A model generated the notes under the pieces. The model made no database searches. It was not told the origin of the DNA and saw nothing but the letters and a program-made list of their open reading frames with translations. A DNA stretch of 63,812 nucleotides, the filler included, from Phoronis australis (Eukaryota > Animalia > Phoronida): the NCBI GenBank assembly GCA_002633005.1. It is 6 parts of 6 records of this genome, joined end to end, with 100 filler letters (N's around TTAATTAATTAA, not from the genome) between each part and the next. Parts side by side here need not be neighbours in the genome. Positions count along the whole stretch, not along the records: positions 13,521 to 36,889 come from NMRA01001214.1; 5 more parts are not named here. One strand, written 5' to 3'. Positions 24,801-36,889 of the stretch are shown one piece after another (position 1 is the first letter of the stretch; each line of letters begins with the position of its first letter). The translations under genes and the position numbers were made by a program.

Positions 24801-27800
24801 ATCGTTAATTCTGAAAATTGACAGTTGTGTTCCAGATGCAAAACCGCTGCTGATGTTGATTTTTGGATAGTTTCGATGACCCTGATACCGCATATGGGCA
24901 ATTTTGCTTTTTTGCATCTATGGCTATATCTTCTTTGAAGGATACTAGTTTTTGAAATTTGGCGGATATGGAGATGGCAACAAACGAGTTTCAGATCTAT
25001 CAGACTACAGCTGTGCCTCCTAGCGCCAATTGTTTTTTACGTTTACCTCTATTTCTTTGGAGTTCCTTGACTTATTTTCATGAAATTAGGCAAGTAATTT
25101 TATATTAAATAGACGACGCCATCTTCTCAATTCGGACGAGCTTGATGAATTCTGCGCCTGCCCATCTAATGGCTGTTTTTATGACACGAAGCACACCTTT
25201 GCTGTGATATCATGGGTGCATTTCAACACTTTGCTTTGCTCTTGTTAAAGAAATTGGCAAACAGTTTTGTATAAGAGAGACGACACCTTCCTAATTTTGG
25301 ATGAGTTTGGCATATTCTGTGCCATTTAATGGCTGTCTTTATGATACTTAAAACATCCCTAGAAGCACACTGATAATGGTATGATCATGGGCGCAATTCA
25401 ACATTCCACGTTGCTCTTGTGAGCAACTAAAACAATATTGCATCACCAGCTAGATTTTCCCAATAAACAGAGACTTAATAAGAACCAGTCATGCATTTTT
25501 GGCCTAACGAGGATCTCATCAAATTGCACAGGCTTTGATCAGTGTGTATTTCTCGTTGTAGCTTGGGGACTTTGGTTTAGCCTTCTTTCAACAGCGCACA
25601 AGTCAACTGTCAAGTAAAGGTCAAAGGAAGGGGACCAGGTCACACATGGCTCCAGAGCTATTTAGTCCAGATCTTTTTGGACTACCTAAAGCAAAGAATT
25701 CCATTAAGTGTGATGTGTGGAGGTGAGGACTTTTTCAAATCTCAACGGATAAGAAACATGTAATGTTGAGGATTGGGACATGACATGTTTTGCCTCATGA
25801 ATTCTGTAATTGATGTGCTCTGTACTAATTTAGCTTGTATTAATGTTCCACATAACAATAATTGACGACACTTGAAGTTCTTGTACAAAGCTATTGGTGT
25901 CATGAAATCAGGGGGAGATGAAATGAAAATCCTTAAAAAAACATGCTCTATTGTTGAGCGTCGAGTTTATGATCCCACAACGAAGTGCTCGGCTATTATC
26001 TGTTACGCGCCCTTCTAAAAAAAAAACAACGCTATGGATAACCCACACACACTAGTTTGCTAGGTGCTCATTGTGATTTGTCCTTTTCAATAGATTCAGG
26101 ATAAGTTCAGAATTAAAGAATTGTCCAGTTTTGGTTTTGAAACACTGATTAAATCATGCTGTCATGTATGACCTCAGAACACATGCTGTGTTATGCAACG
26201 ATTGTGACGTTTATATAACCTAAGGCACCCTTAGCAATGATGAAGTTACGAGGTTGTCCGAATCAGCTAATCATTGTTCTGACTTTTTGATCAAATGCCA
26301 ATCGTTTTATGTTTCTGAGTCTCCACAAATGTAAAACCGAAGTAAAAGTAGTTCAACTGGGGTTTTTGGGAGCTGGGTATTGTGATCCAGGGTAAATCAG
26401 TTTAATCATGTCCATTAGGTGTGCCTCACGTATAAACAGAATGAAGTTGCCTCTGATGACTTTTATTTATTTGTGTATATATTATTGTAATAATTACAAT
26501 GAGGGTGATGACTTTGTTTTTAAGCTTTGGAATAACATTGTATGAAGTGCTGCTGAAGAAGACACCATTTGAAGGTCAGTTTGAATGTATTCGCCCATGG
26601 CGCTTAGAAAAACTTGTTTCAGGAGGGCGCTTATTATAACTCAAGAAGGTTGAAACCCGGTCTCCGAAACACCCCTCTATCAACCAAACCGCTCTAAGGA
26701 TGATTGTGAAAATTGCCATGTATGTTCTTATTATGAAGAGGACGATTCATGATAATTTTCTGACAACCTTGACTACTGTGGTGCCTCCTGGTGGTATTTT
26801 GCACCACCTATTGGCCATTTTTGTTGTTTTTGAGTCTACCCTCTATCAACCAAACCATTTTAAGGATGATTTGGCGTATATGCTCTCAGTGTGAAGAGGA
26901 CAGTTGACGGTGACGACTTTGACTTCTGTAGCACCTCCTAGTGGTAGTTCTGTTTTGCATGTGTAGCTATATCTTCTAAAGCCATTGCAGGATTAAATTT
27001 AGTAAGTGTNAAAAAATTATGGGTCATGGGTTGGAGAAATAAATGAAAATTATGGGCGGTGGGTACGAAATAAAAGTGCCTTCCCCCCCCTCCCATACAG
27101 ATTTTGCTGGAACAGCCCTAAGGATGATTGTGAAAATTGCCATGTATGTTCTTATTATGAAGAGGACGATTCATGATAATTTTCTGACAACTTCGACTAC
27201 TGTGGTGCCTCCTGGTGGTATTTTGCACCACCTAATGGCCATCTTTGTTGTTTTTGAGTCTACCCTCTATCAACCAAACCATTTTAAGGATGATTTGGCG
27301 TATATGCTCTCAGTGTGAAGAGGACAGTTGACGGTGACGACTTTGACTTCTGTAGCACCTCCTAGTGGTAGTTCTGTTTTGCATGTGTAGCTATATCTTC
27401 TAAAGCCATTGCAGGATTAAATTTAGTAAGTGTATTTATATGAAGCTAACAACAGATGACGACAACTTTTAGGCGGATCCAATGAACGCTGTGCCCCCCA
27501 TTTGGCAATTTCATTTCTTTTCATTTTTTGTTTCTCTGAAGTTCCTTGACAGATTTTTATGAAATTTGGAAATAGCTATCTATTAAAGAAGCGATGGCAT
27601 GTTCCTGTTTTTAGACGGATTGGACATTTTTGCGGTATCTAGTTGCCATTTTTATGATACAAATAAACAACCCTAGGAGCACCCTGTTTGCAGTGCATCC
27701 GTGGGCGCATTTCAATGCTGCGCGTTGCTCTTGTTATTGTTTTATTCCACCACAGAGGGTGCACTCAATGGTGAATCAAGTCCATGAGATATGAACAAAA

Positions 27801-30800
27801 CGGCTGTACACTTACCCCATGAAGGTACGGTTCTTTGGTTCCAAAAGGTATCTTCACTTAATATCTTTATACGCGTTAAAGTGCTTAAATTCACCAATTC
27901 CATACCAAAAACACCAAAAAAACGACTCCACCAGTCAATCAGTTGACAAATTAGAATGCCCCTGCAAACATCATCTGGAGATATGTGGTTGTGACAACTC
28001 AGTATTTAAGCACACTTTGGCTATTTTCACTTTCCCGTGGGACATCAGGGAATCATGGATATGGCACACGTTGTTACAAGAAACTGACATAATGGTGGCC
28101 ATGACACACTAGTGTTGTGTAAGTTCATACGTCGTGCTCATATCTGTGGAGCTAAGAAACTTTCAATTAAAGTCGCATGTTTCTTCTATTTTTCTGTTTT
28201 TGGGATATTGAATTCACAGTTGTGATATGCAATGCTATAAAGGATAGAGTTAAAGACGCTGACATTGTAGTCACTTTTCAAAACAACTTAAGGTAAATGG
28301 TGGTGTCTTTAAATGTTTTGTGTAACATGTTTGTAGAGTGCTTTAATTAATTAGTGAATTCTGTACAGGTGATGGGTTACCAGATGAAGCTGTGATCCAC
28401 CAAATATGTCTGAAAGATAAACTGAAAGAGATCTGCCAATCAGAATTGAAGGAATGTGAGGTACAGCCGTCTATTTTAGCAGACCTAGCTGTGCAGTGTG
28501 TGGCGTTTGATCCAAAAGACAGATTAACGTTCAAAGGTATTATGTAACACTACATTTTGTCTTGCACTTATAAATTCAAAGTAATTGCCAAGTGAACTTC
28601 ACTGGTTCATGGAGATTATTTGGGCAAACTTCTCAAAAATGTTTCTGTGGCGGTATGCTTGCGTAGGCTGAGCCAGTTTGTACTTTTTTGGTATGAATGT
28701 TTTGAACATAATATTTACAAAAACCTAGTTTCTACTCAATCCAGGCTAAATCCATACATCAGTCTTTTACAATGTTAAGCATTCCCGTGCTCTTTTGTCC
28801 AGTATCAGGACTTGCAGGTCAATTATCTACCATGATTCAGAGAGTTACTAAAACCAAATGAAATTACTTTTATCAACATGTACCCGATAACTGAAACCAA
28901 CACAAGTGTTTTGGCTGTTTATCGTATTTTTTGGGTAAAATGATCTAATTACCAGTTATTCAATACAGTAAGAAAGCTCACGGGGTTTTAAGCTTGGATA
29001 TATATTGAATTCACAAGGCTTTCCGCGGTTGCACAACTTCATGGGCATATACCATTCCACGTAGGGATAGGGGTAGAAATTGATGGGCAGCGATTGAAAT
29101 CGTTAGATATCAAGAAAGTTGATGGCCCAACGCCATGGTTATTATCTGCTGTCAAAAAGTCATGAGAATTTTGACTACATACGTACATCATGCATGCATT
29201 ACATACATTTGCAGTAAGCAAACCATGCTGTAAAGTAAATTGACTATCCGTGTCCAGTATTGTCTGACATGATTGCTGCATTAAGTGGGTCTTTAGTGTT
29301 ACTGACATTCGAGAAGAGTTCCACCAGTTAGACCTAGAACCTATATTGTGATCTATTGCAACTCACGTTTATACGTTTTGATTAGAGCACCTTCATTGTG
29401 TAATTTCTATGCTCCAGAACTTTTCCAGAAACCATAACGAAGCTGGTCCTGAAGAATATTCCAGACATTAAAAACATAGGAAATGATATTATTGTGTTTG
29501 CAAATCAACAGGAACACAGTGATAGTCTGGCACAACTCTTTGATAGGCTTGTCAAAAAGGGTCTCACTTTGTAGAAAGATGAGTGTCACTCTTATCACTC
29601 CAAAGTCATATTCTTTTGGTTTACCTGGTAAAAAATGGACTTTCACCAGATAAGGTAAACGCTATTATTAAAGACCAAAGATGCCACACAAGTTCACAGT
29701 ATACTAGACATGACAAATTACGGTGCTCGATTTATTCCAAAATATTCTGACATTACAGCACCGCTACGTAAGTTAACACAACATCTGGCGACAAAGATGG
29801 TTGTATTCTGAAATGACCACTTAATAAGTAGAAAGTGATATTAAATTATAGGGTTTGCTTAATTCCAGTTTTCCATAAATGCTGGATAAATAACTTCCGA
29901 AAATACTTGATGTGTCTGGACTCAGTTTGCCGTCATTAGGACTCTAATTAAAGGTGCTATGTCTCATTAAATTGTGAATATGCAAATGAAGTACTAGTTT
30001 ACAAACAACCCCGGGTCTCCCGGTGTGCTGGAAACTATCTGAGAACCAGTTACCTAAGTATACAATTTCGCAAAAGTCTAGTTTTGCGAGACAATTTATT
30101 TGTAAATGAGTATGGTAATAGGTCATTGTTACGCTAGTGAAACAAGGCACAGTTTTTATTATTTGTTCAATTCAATATCGAATGATGATTGCATAATATT
30201 TGGAAACAGTAGGGCTGTTCATACTTGTCTTTCAGTTTATCAGTTGTGGAGGTTGCTTTACAACTGCAATTTATTTCCTAATTGGTTCTTTTCCTGATTA
30301 TACTTAAGTCTTGTACACGCAGTTCTCCAGGAAGTCACAAGGTGGCTTTTGCTACGAATTTAAATATTCATAGTTTTAATGACACGTAGCATCTTTACGA
30401 TGTTCTTTTGTTTCAGGCATCAATGAACGCCTTTGTCGAGAGTACCAGAAAACATATAAAGTGACTCATGTGGATGATATTTCTCAAATGACTAAGGAAT
30501 TGAAGAATGTTGGAGAATTCCATGAATTTGATCAAACGGTATGGCATTGAGTTGCCATTTCTTGTTAACTCTTACAAATATGTCTGGTTTAGTTTTAGTT
30601 TCAACTCCAGCCGACGTCGGCTTTCAAGTCCAGAAATGGTTAATTGTTAAATGACCGCACAGTTTTTGTCCCACATCACAACTGGCACACTAAAAGTAAA
30701 CACGACCATTTCGGTTGAAACTGACTCCAATCACATTGTTTTTGGCTAATTCTATCGTATTTCATTGAGAGAAAATGAACTTTGCCTGACTTTTCACGAG

Positions 30801-33800
30801 TAATTAATTTCAGAAGCCAAAGAGTTAGAAAACTTTCCTTTCAGTGTACAATATTGCAATTTCAGCCACTGTTTTATTGCGTAAAGTCAGCGCTGACGCG
30901 ATGATTGCCCTGCTGCGCACATAGATAAGTGCTCGCGATAAAGCGAATTTATGACGCGAGTGATTCTTGTACTAATCTGTTGATGAAGTTCAAGATGTCT
31001 TTGAACTGGCTGTGTTTCTCATGACAAATTGTCTGGAGTTGTTTGGTTGAACAAAATTTGTCTTTTTGGATACAGTGATTGCCTTGCCTTGTTATTGCAA
31101 ATTGACAGGAGAGCATGGGATAAACAATTTAACTCTTTTGTACCATCAACGTAATAAGTCCCTATCAGTTGTCATACCTGTTGGTGTCTGAGCTTTGGGA
31201 CCACATCACAATTTATGTACCATGTGTATAGTTTCCATTCTAAAACATTTTCATTTGTTGTCTTATAGGCAAGAGAGCCCAGCCACGACATTGTGGACTT
31301 GTCAAAAAGCTATAGTCAACCGACAGGTATTTATGGACAGCAGCATCAAATGCAAGGTATTTACAGCACCTCATCTAAATAATTACGATCTTGAGGACTG
31401 TGGTTTTAGTTAATATTTTCTGATGGAAATGTTTCTTTTGATTTTTTGATCGTCGATCCCAGAGATCATTAGTATAGACAAGGTAACAGCATTGCTGTAC
31501 CAAAAATTGTGGGTAAGCGATACTTTTTCAGCAGGTTCTGCGAAATCTGCGTGGTTTCAATAGGCCCCCTTAATTTCCATTTCAGCCCTGCAAAATAGGC
31601 ATTGGATTGGCATCAGCCCTGCAAATGGTGTTGCAGATTGGCCAAGTTCATGTATTTACCAGTGATAGGCATCACTGCTGATTCTCATCATGTTAATTCT
31701 GACAATTATTCCAAAAACGCCTGTAAAAATTCCAGAAATACCTGAGAACTGAATATTCGGACAACGGCGGGGAGATCTGAAAGCAATTTTTTTATATGCC
31801 TTTTGCTACTTCAATATTGTATATAAATAAAACTACAGTATGTAGAAACATGTCTTTTTCAATGAAGCCTGGAAATATGTTACGAAAAATTATGTTCCAT
31901 CAGCATGCCATATTTTGATCATATCACGTGACCTAATGAATGTAAGTCCAAAAAGATTTCTGTCCCTGAACAGGACTCGAACCCAGGACCTTCTGCTGGC
32001 CGTGCAGTGGGTCTGTCCAGTGATATTCCTGGATTGTGCCTTTGTGTCATTTGCACATAAAAAAATAAAAAGGCACAAGTTTATACATTACAGCAATGGG
32101 CTCCGTGGACACATCTTTTAAAACACAACACTCTTCCAAAAACGCAAGACTGTAGTCAACTTACAGCCAGTAGGGTAAAACATGACTGTTCTTATTTCGA
32201 TTGGCCTTGGGGGTTTCTGTTTCAAATGTTAACCACTTTAAATATACTAAGTCTACTGGGCGCAACTTTTTGAAAACAGGCACACTTTTTATCACTGGGT
32301 GTGCCCAAGGGCACAGGTTCCAACCTGGTCAGGAATATCCCTGCTTGTCAAAGACATTTCTGTTGTTGTTGATATAAAACACGTCATTTACTTTACAATG
32401 GTTACATTGAACATAGCCTACTGAGGAAAATGGGATGGGTTGTAAAATAATGAGCTTTGTAATTGGGGGTGGGGTAGAAAAATTTGCCCGCAAAAGAATG
32501 GGGATTAACAAACGCTGCACATGCAGAAGGAGGTCTCTCGACGTTCTTGGGTACGTGGTTGCTTTATACTCATATCTGGGTGTAACATTGTGATAACACC
32601 ATGGACTAAATGAATTTGAATGAGTGCTTCAGTGGGAAGATTCGTCAACTTGATTTATAATGAGACCACATATACATAAGTGTGTGAGTCAAGTTTTGTT
32701 GAATACAACATTCCATGTGTTTTAATGGCCTTTGTAGATACACGCTCTAGTTGGCAGCAGGCTGGTCTCACATTGGGCATGAGTTGAAAGTTGACTTAGG
32801 CTCATAGCATTGAGAAAAGCACAAAAAGCCAATATTCCTTGTATTTAAATCACATAACGAGAAAATATGCAGTTGTGTGGTATTTCGTCTCTCATGAGAC
32901 ATTATTATGTAACATCCATAAAGGGGTGATCATGTCAAAGACAATTACATTTGCCGCATAATCACTGAACTTAATAAGTACAAAATGTGAAATACCAGAC
33001 AATTGTAGTGTACAATTTCTTGTAATGTGATCATAGTACAGATATTTTTTGTCCTCTCTTCCATGATCCTGGGTGACCTGGTGTCGAGAATAATCGCACC
33101 TTTAACTGTATGGCCTTCTGACCTAAATTCAAAGCTGCTATTCCTTTGAATTTCAGGTGATAAATTACTTCCGTCAGGCAGTAGATCAGCTGAGGATACA
33201 GTTGTACAAAGAGTGCAAAACATGAGCTTGGAACAGAAGACTGAATCCAGTCAGAGACAGAGTGGTGGGAATCAGTCCCGACCTTTGGCTCCTGTGAGTG
33301 CTTTCCGCAACCAACCTCCCCACGGGTTGATGCCATCCGAGCAGGTTCCGTACGTACAACAACACCACACTCCAGAGCCCTTCATGGGTCAACTTCCGCC
33401 ATCACGGTATACCCCAACGAGCCCGTTACCTGCCCATCACCCCTATGGATCAGCACAAACGTTTCACCCTGAGTATCCCTACATGCCAGGTCAATATCAA
33501 CAAGTAGTGCCTTTGCAACAACCGATGGGTCAGTTTCAACAATTGCCTGTGCAACAACGGATGACTCAGTTTCAGCCACAGAATCCTGCAAATCCTTCCC
33601 AACTGTCTAATAAGCCACCAACATACACAGCCAAGCAAAAGAGACTTATAAAGCAGTGGGACCTCTTTCTAAATAACTTAATAGCTACTAGTGTTACGGA
33701 TTACTTTATTGCTGACAATATTTTGTCCTTTGATGATGTTCAAAGAATTGAAAGATCAGGAGTGACTGATCGAGACAGAACAAGTGCATTTCTCCAGTTA

Positions 33801-33926
33801 CTTCTGACTAAGGGTGATAAGGCAATTGATAAATTGTGCTATGCAGTTAGACAGGAGGCACAGGAGTTTTTAGCTGATGCTATTGAGTGGGATGATTCTC
33901 GTCGTCAAAAGCCACACACTAAATAA
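21629..33926 (+). CDS. RIPK-family (RIPK2-like architecture) Ser/Thr kinase with Q/P-rich linker and C-terminal CARD, 9 coding exons
   Basis: Exons 21629-21840, 22723-22912, 24048-24161, 25562-25722, 26525-26574, 28369-28536, 30417-30538, 31269-31326 (or -31356) and 33157-33926. All are GT-AG, phase-compatible and stop-free. Motifs: GAGGHAGVYKA, VAFK, VVMEWMERGSL, YLH..LIHADVKLANIL, LGDFGLA, GTRSHMAPE, KCDVWSFGI, QC...PKDRLTF; CARD-like last ~90 aa. Confidence 0.9.
22723..22912 (+). CDS. Kinase exon 2 (subdomains III-V)
   Basis: ttttag|; KEAKNM..IVKFYG..VVMEWMERGSL; aag|gtaaat. Confidence 0.9.
24048..24161 (+). CDS. Kinase exon 3 (catalytic loop HADVKLANIL)
   Basis: caccag| VHMMLDVSDALKYLHGIGLIHADVKLANILINVKCEAK |gtatgg. 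Confidence 0.92.
24340..25421. mobile_element. Degenerate HINE-like element (cctagtgg ~145-bp repeat family), kinase intron 3
   Basis: Similar to 35265-36889 (gcctcctagtggc, ttttcatgaaattt, cggatgg); ends gttgctcttgt. Confidence 0.55.
25562..25722 (+). CDS. Kinase exon 4 (DFG-APE)
   Basis: ttgtag| LGDFGLAFFQQRTSQLSSKGQRKGTRSHMAPELF...KCDVW ag|gtgagg. Confidence 0.92.
26525..26574 (+). CDS. Kinase exon 5
   Basis: tttaag| (S)FGITLYEVLLKKTPFE g|gtcagt. Confidence 0.88.
26670..27735. mobile_element. HINE-like element (same family), kinase intron 5
   Basis: ccctctatcaaccaaacc / gcacctcctagtgg units; ends cgcgttgctcttgtt. Confidence 0.6.
28369..28536 (+). CDS. Kinase exon 6 (subdomains X-XI)
   Basis: gtacag| DGLPDEAVIHQI...LAVQCVAFDPKDRLTFK g|gtatta. 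Confidence 0.87.
29310..29785 (+). pseudogene. Ty3/Gypsy LTR-retrotransposon reverse transcriptase relic in kinase intron 6
   Basis: Decayed translation FHQLDLEP..APELFQK..KNIGNDIIVFANQQEH..LFDRLVKKGLTL*KDEC..VHSILDMTNYGARFIPKYSDITAPLRKLT, matching the gypsy RT YxDD region and the FLG..NY..RFIP....APL..LT motif. Confidence 0.8.
30417..30538 (+). CDS. Kinase gene exon 7
   Basis: tttcag| INERLCREYQKTYK...FDQT |gtatgg; phase-compatible. Confidence 0.75.
31269..31356 (+). CDS. Kinase gene exon 8 (two possible donors, after 31326 or 31356)
   Basis: ttatag| AREPSHDIVDLSKSYSQPT(GIYGQQHQMQ); both donors are g|gtattt, phase 1. Confidence 0.65.
31925..32020 (-). mobile_element. tRNA-derived SINE head remnant
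   Basis: Pol III B box GGTTCGAGTCC (minus strand, 31973-31983) in context gaaggtcctgggttcgagtcctgttcagg; A box not recognisable. Confidence 0.45.
33157..33926 (+). CDS. Kinase gene last exon: Q/P-rich linker + CARD (~33630-33887)
   Basis: tttcag|; open to TAA at 33926; KRLIKQWDLFLNNL..VTDYFIADNILSFDDVQRI...DRDRTSAFLQLLLTKGDKAIDKLCYAV...FLADAI fits the CARD six-helix pattern. Confidence 0.87.
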
Positions 33927-34934
33927 TTGTTCTCAGCTGTGATACAATTTGCTGGTAGGTAGTTGTCAACTATTGATAGGTATCTGCTTTTAGTACTTAG
34001 AGGCCAAGTTTTATGAGCGCAGATATGTTTCGCTCATGATTAAGTTTGATGAGACTTCATAAAACTTACCTTATACTTGATGCAAATTTCTACATCAACA
34101 ATGTAGTCAAGTACTCTCGCTTTTATTTTCCATATTCACCGCAGGAGATGGTGCGGTAATTGTAGATTAATTTTCAAAAAATATGCTCTTGACATGTCTG
34201 ACTTACAAAAAAAATTCTCTTTTCTTTCACAGTTTTCAACATCAAGGCAAAACAAATTGTGACAAAATTTGTTGCCGTTTTTAAATTTTCAGTCTGTACT
34301 TACCCCAAGGGTATTACAAAATTGGTTTAGTTGATCCTTGTACTGAGATGAATACCATAAATCATGTGATATGATACAGTGTTGAGCTTTTGAACATTCC
34401 CTTCTGTGTACTGGTACTAGTAGTGTTAGTGGTTGTGGAGCACTTACAATTGAAATTGTGTATTCAACTTCATTAGCCAAATACTTGACTGCAATTTCAC
34501 AGATAAAACGAGTGGTAGACCAATGAGCGTGTCGTGAATATGACCTGTGAAGTCCACCCGAGATGCTGTATATGTAATCACGTAAACTGGTGTTGATGTG
34601 CAATATTTTAGAATAAGAGTAACTTTCTCCAGGAAGATAAAAACCATACTATATGAAATGCATGTATGTCCCAAGATAATAGTCAGTCTAGTTGTGAGTC
34701 CAACGCCCGCGCACAGTCTCACTTTATAAATTAAAGTATAATTCATTATATTCTTAGTTATGTCTTCCTATGTCTTGCTTTTTGTACAGTATTTTTATAA
34801 AAAATTGCCATTTTTACTGAAAGATCATGTCTTGAAAATGAAATATTCTTTGATGTGTTGTTTAATGACATGACAATTTAACATTGTGCACACAATTTCA
34901 TGTATTGAATGAAATGCGTTTTTATAACATATTA

Positions 34935-34940
34935 AATAAA
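34935..34940 (+). terminator. Candidate polyadenylation signal of kinase-CARD gene
   Basis: AATAAA (overlapping ATTAAA) about 1 kb after the stop, followed by GT-rich sequence. Confidence 0.4.
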
Positions 34941-35262
34941 TTGTTTGGCATTGCACTTGTTGTATTATAATCTACCAACTTCACATCAACTTTTGATTGG
35001 CGTGCCAAAGAGCTGCTCCCACACATGGTGGGTAAATATAATGTATTGTCAATATTTCACAGAAGTTCTTCTCTTATTGTTAATTTTGAAAAAGTGCAGA
35101 TTATAATGAGCCCAATAGCCCGTTTTATGACAACAGACTTGAACTATAATTTTGTCACGTTTAGACCAAAATTCGGATCGAATACACAAAAAGAGACCGT
35201 TTCATGAACACAAAAGTCAGAATTGTAAGTGTTCGTATCAACTTAAGCATTTTTCATGTTAG

Positions 35263-36889
35263 TTTTTATGTGCCCACATATTTATATGTGGTCGCATATT
35301 GCCGTCATCTCTGTCTGGGCGTCCGTAGCTGTATCTCCTAAATCCCTCACAGGATCTTGATGAGAATTGCCAGTGTGTTTCTATGAAGCTGACAACGGAT
35401 GACAATGAATTTCGGACCTCTGTGACTACTGATGTGCCCCTTAGTTTACCTCTGTATCTTCAGAGGTCCAACAGATTTTCATGAAAATTTGGAAGTTAGG
35501 CATCTATTATTGAGATGATGCTATCCACCAGTTTTGGAATGGATTCGAGGTACTTTGCTCCACCTAGTGGCCATTTTTATGCACCCACATATTTAGATGT
35601 GGTCGCATATTGCCGTCATCTCAGTCTGTCCGACGTCCGCAGCTGTATCTCCTAAACCCCTCACAGGATCTTGATGAGATTTAACAGTTGTGTTCCTATG
35701 AAGCTGACGATGGATGACAGCGAATTTCAGACCTCTCCGATTACTGGTGTGCCCTCTATTGGCAATTTTAGTTTTTTTATGCTTACCTCTATATCTTTGA
35801 AAGTCCTCGACGTAGATTCATAAAATTTGGAATTTAGGCATGTATTAATGAAATGAAACTATCCTCTTGTTTTCGGATGGATTCGACGTAATTTGCGCCA
35901 CCTAGTGGCCATTTTTATTGCTTTTGTTTTTTGGCGTCCACCCCTCTATCAACCAAACCGCTCAAAGGATGATTGTGAAAATTGGCATGTATGTGTTCAC
36001 TATGAAGAGGACGGTTGACCATGATTTTCCGACGATTTCGACGACTGTGGCACCTAGTGAGTTTTTTTTTTGCACCTATGGCTCTATCTCCTAAACCGTT
36101 AGGATGATCTTCAAGAAATTTAGCAAGTATATTTATATGATGTTGACTACAGACAACGACGACTTTCGGACGGATCCAATTACCGGTGTGCCCCCTAGTG
36201 GCAATTTTATTTTTTTTACGTTTACCTCTGTATCTTCAAAAGTCCTTAACGGATTTTCATGAAATTTGGTATATAGGCACCTGTTAGTGAGGTGACGCTA
36301 TTCTCCAGATTTCGGATGGATTCGACGTAGTTTGCGCCACCTAGTGGCCATTTTTACTGTTTTTGAGTGTTTTTTGCATCCACCCCTCTATCAACCAAAC
36401 CGCTCAAAGGATGATTGTGAAAATTGGCATGTATGTGCTTACTATAAAAAGGACGGTTGAGGACGATTTTCCGATGATTTTGACTACTGTGTCGCCTCCT
36501 AGTGGCAGTTTTGTTTTTTGCGCCTATGGCTGTATCTCCTAAATCGTTCTCAGGATCTTTACTTAATTTAGCAAGTGTATTTATATGATGTTGACTACGG
36601 ATGACGACTTTCAGACAGATCTGACTACTGCTATGCCCCCTAGTGGCAATTTTAGTTTTTTAACTTTAACTCTGTATCTTTAAAGGTTCTCAACAGATTT
36701 TCATAAAATTTCAAATACAGGCATCTGTTGGTGCGATGACGCTATCTTCCTGTTTTTGGATGGAATTGAGGTATTTTGCACCACCTAGTGGCCATTTTTG
36801 CTGTTAACAAATCTTGTTTTTAGCATCCACCCCTGTATCAACCAAATCATTTGAAAATTGACATATATGTTCTCAGTGTGAAGACGACC
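35263..36889. repeat. HINE-like element with internal satellite-like array (~145-bp monomers, ~440-bp higher-order unit)
   Basis: Starts tttttatgtgc + hairpin ccacatatttatatgtgg + gtctg/gtccg tract (recurs ~35575); cacccct(c/g)tatcaaccaaa recurs at ~35940, ~36381, ~36828; cctagtgg roughly every 145 bp. Confidence 0.75.

Noticed and set aside
31925-32020. Functional tRNA gene
   Set aside because: Only a B box/T-arm is recognisable, with no cloverleaf; treated as a SINE remnant.
31327-33625. Canonical RHIM in the kinase linker
   Set aside because: No (I/V)Q(I/V/L)G core followed by xxN; only Q-rich pseudo-repeats.
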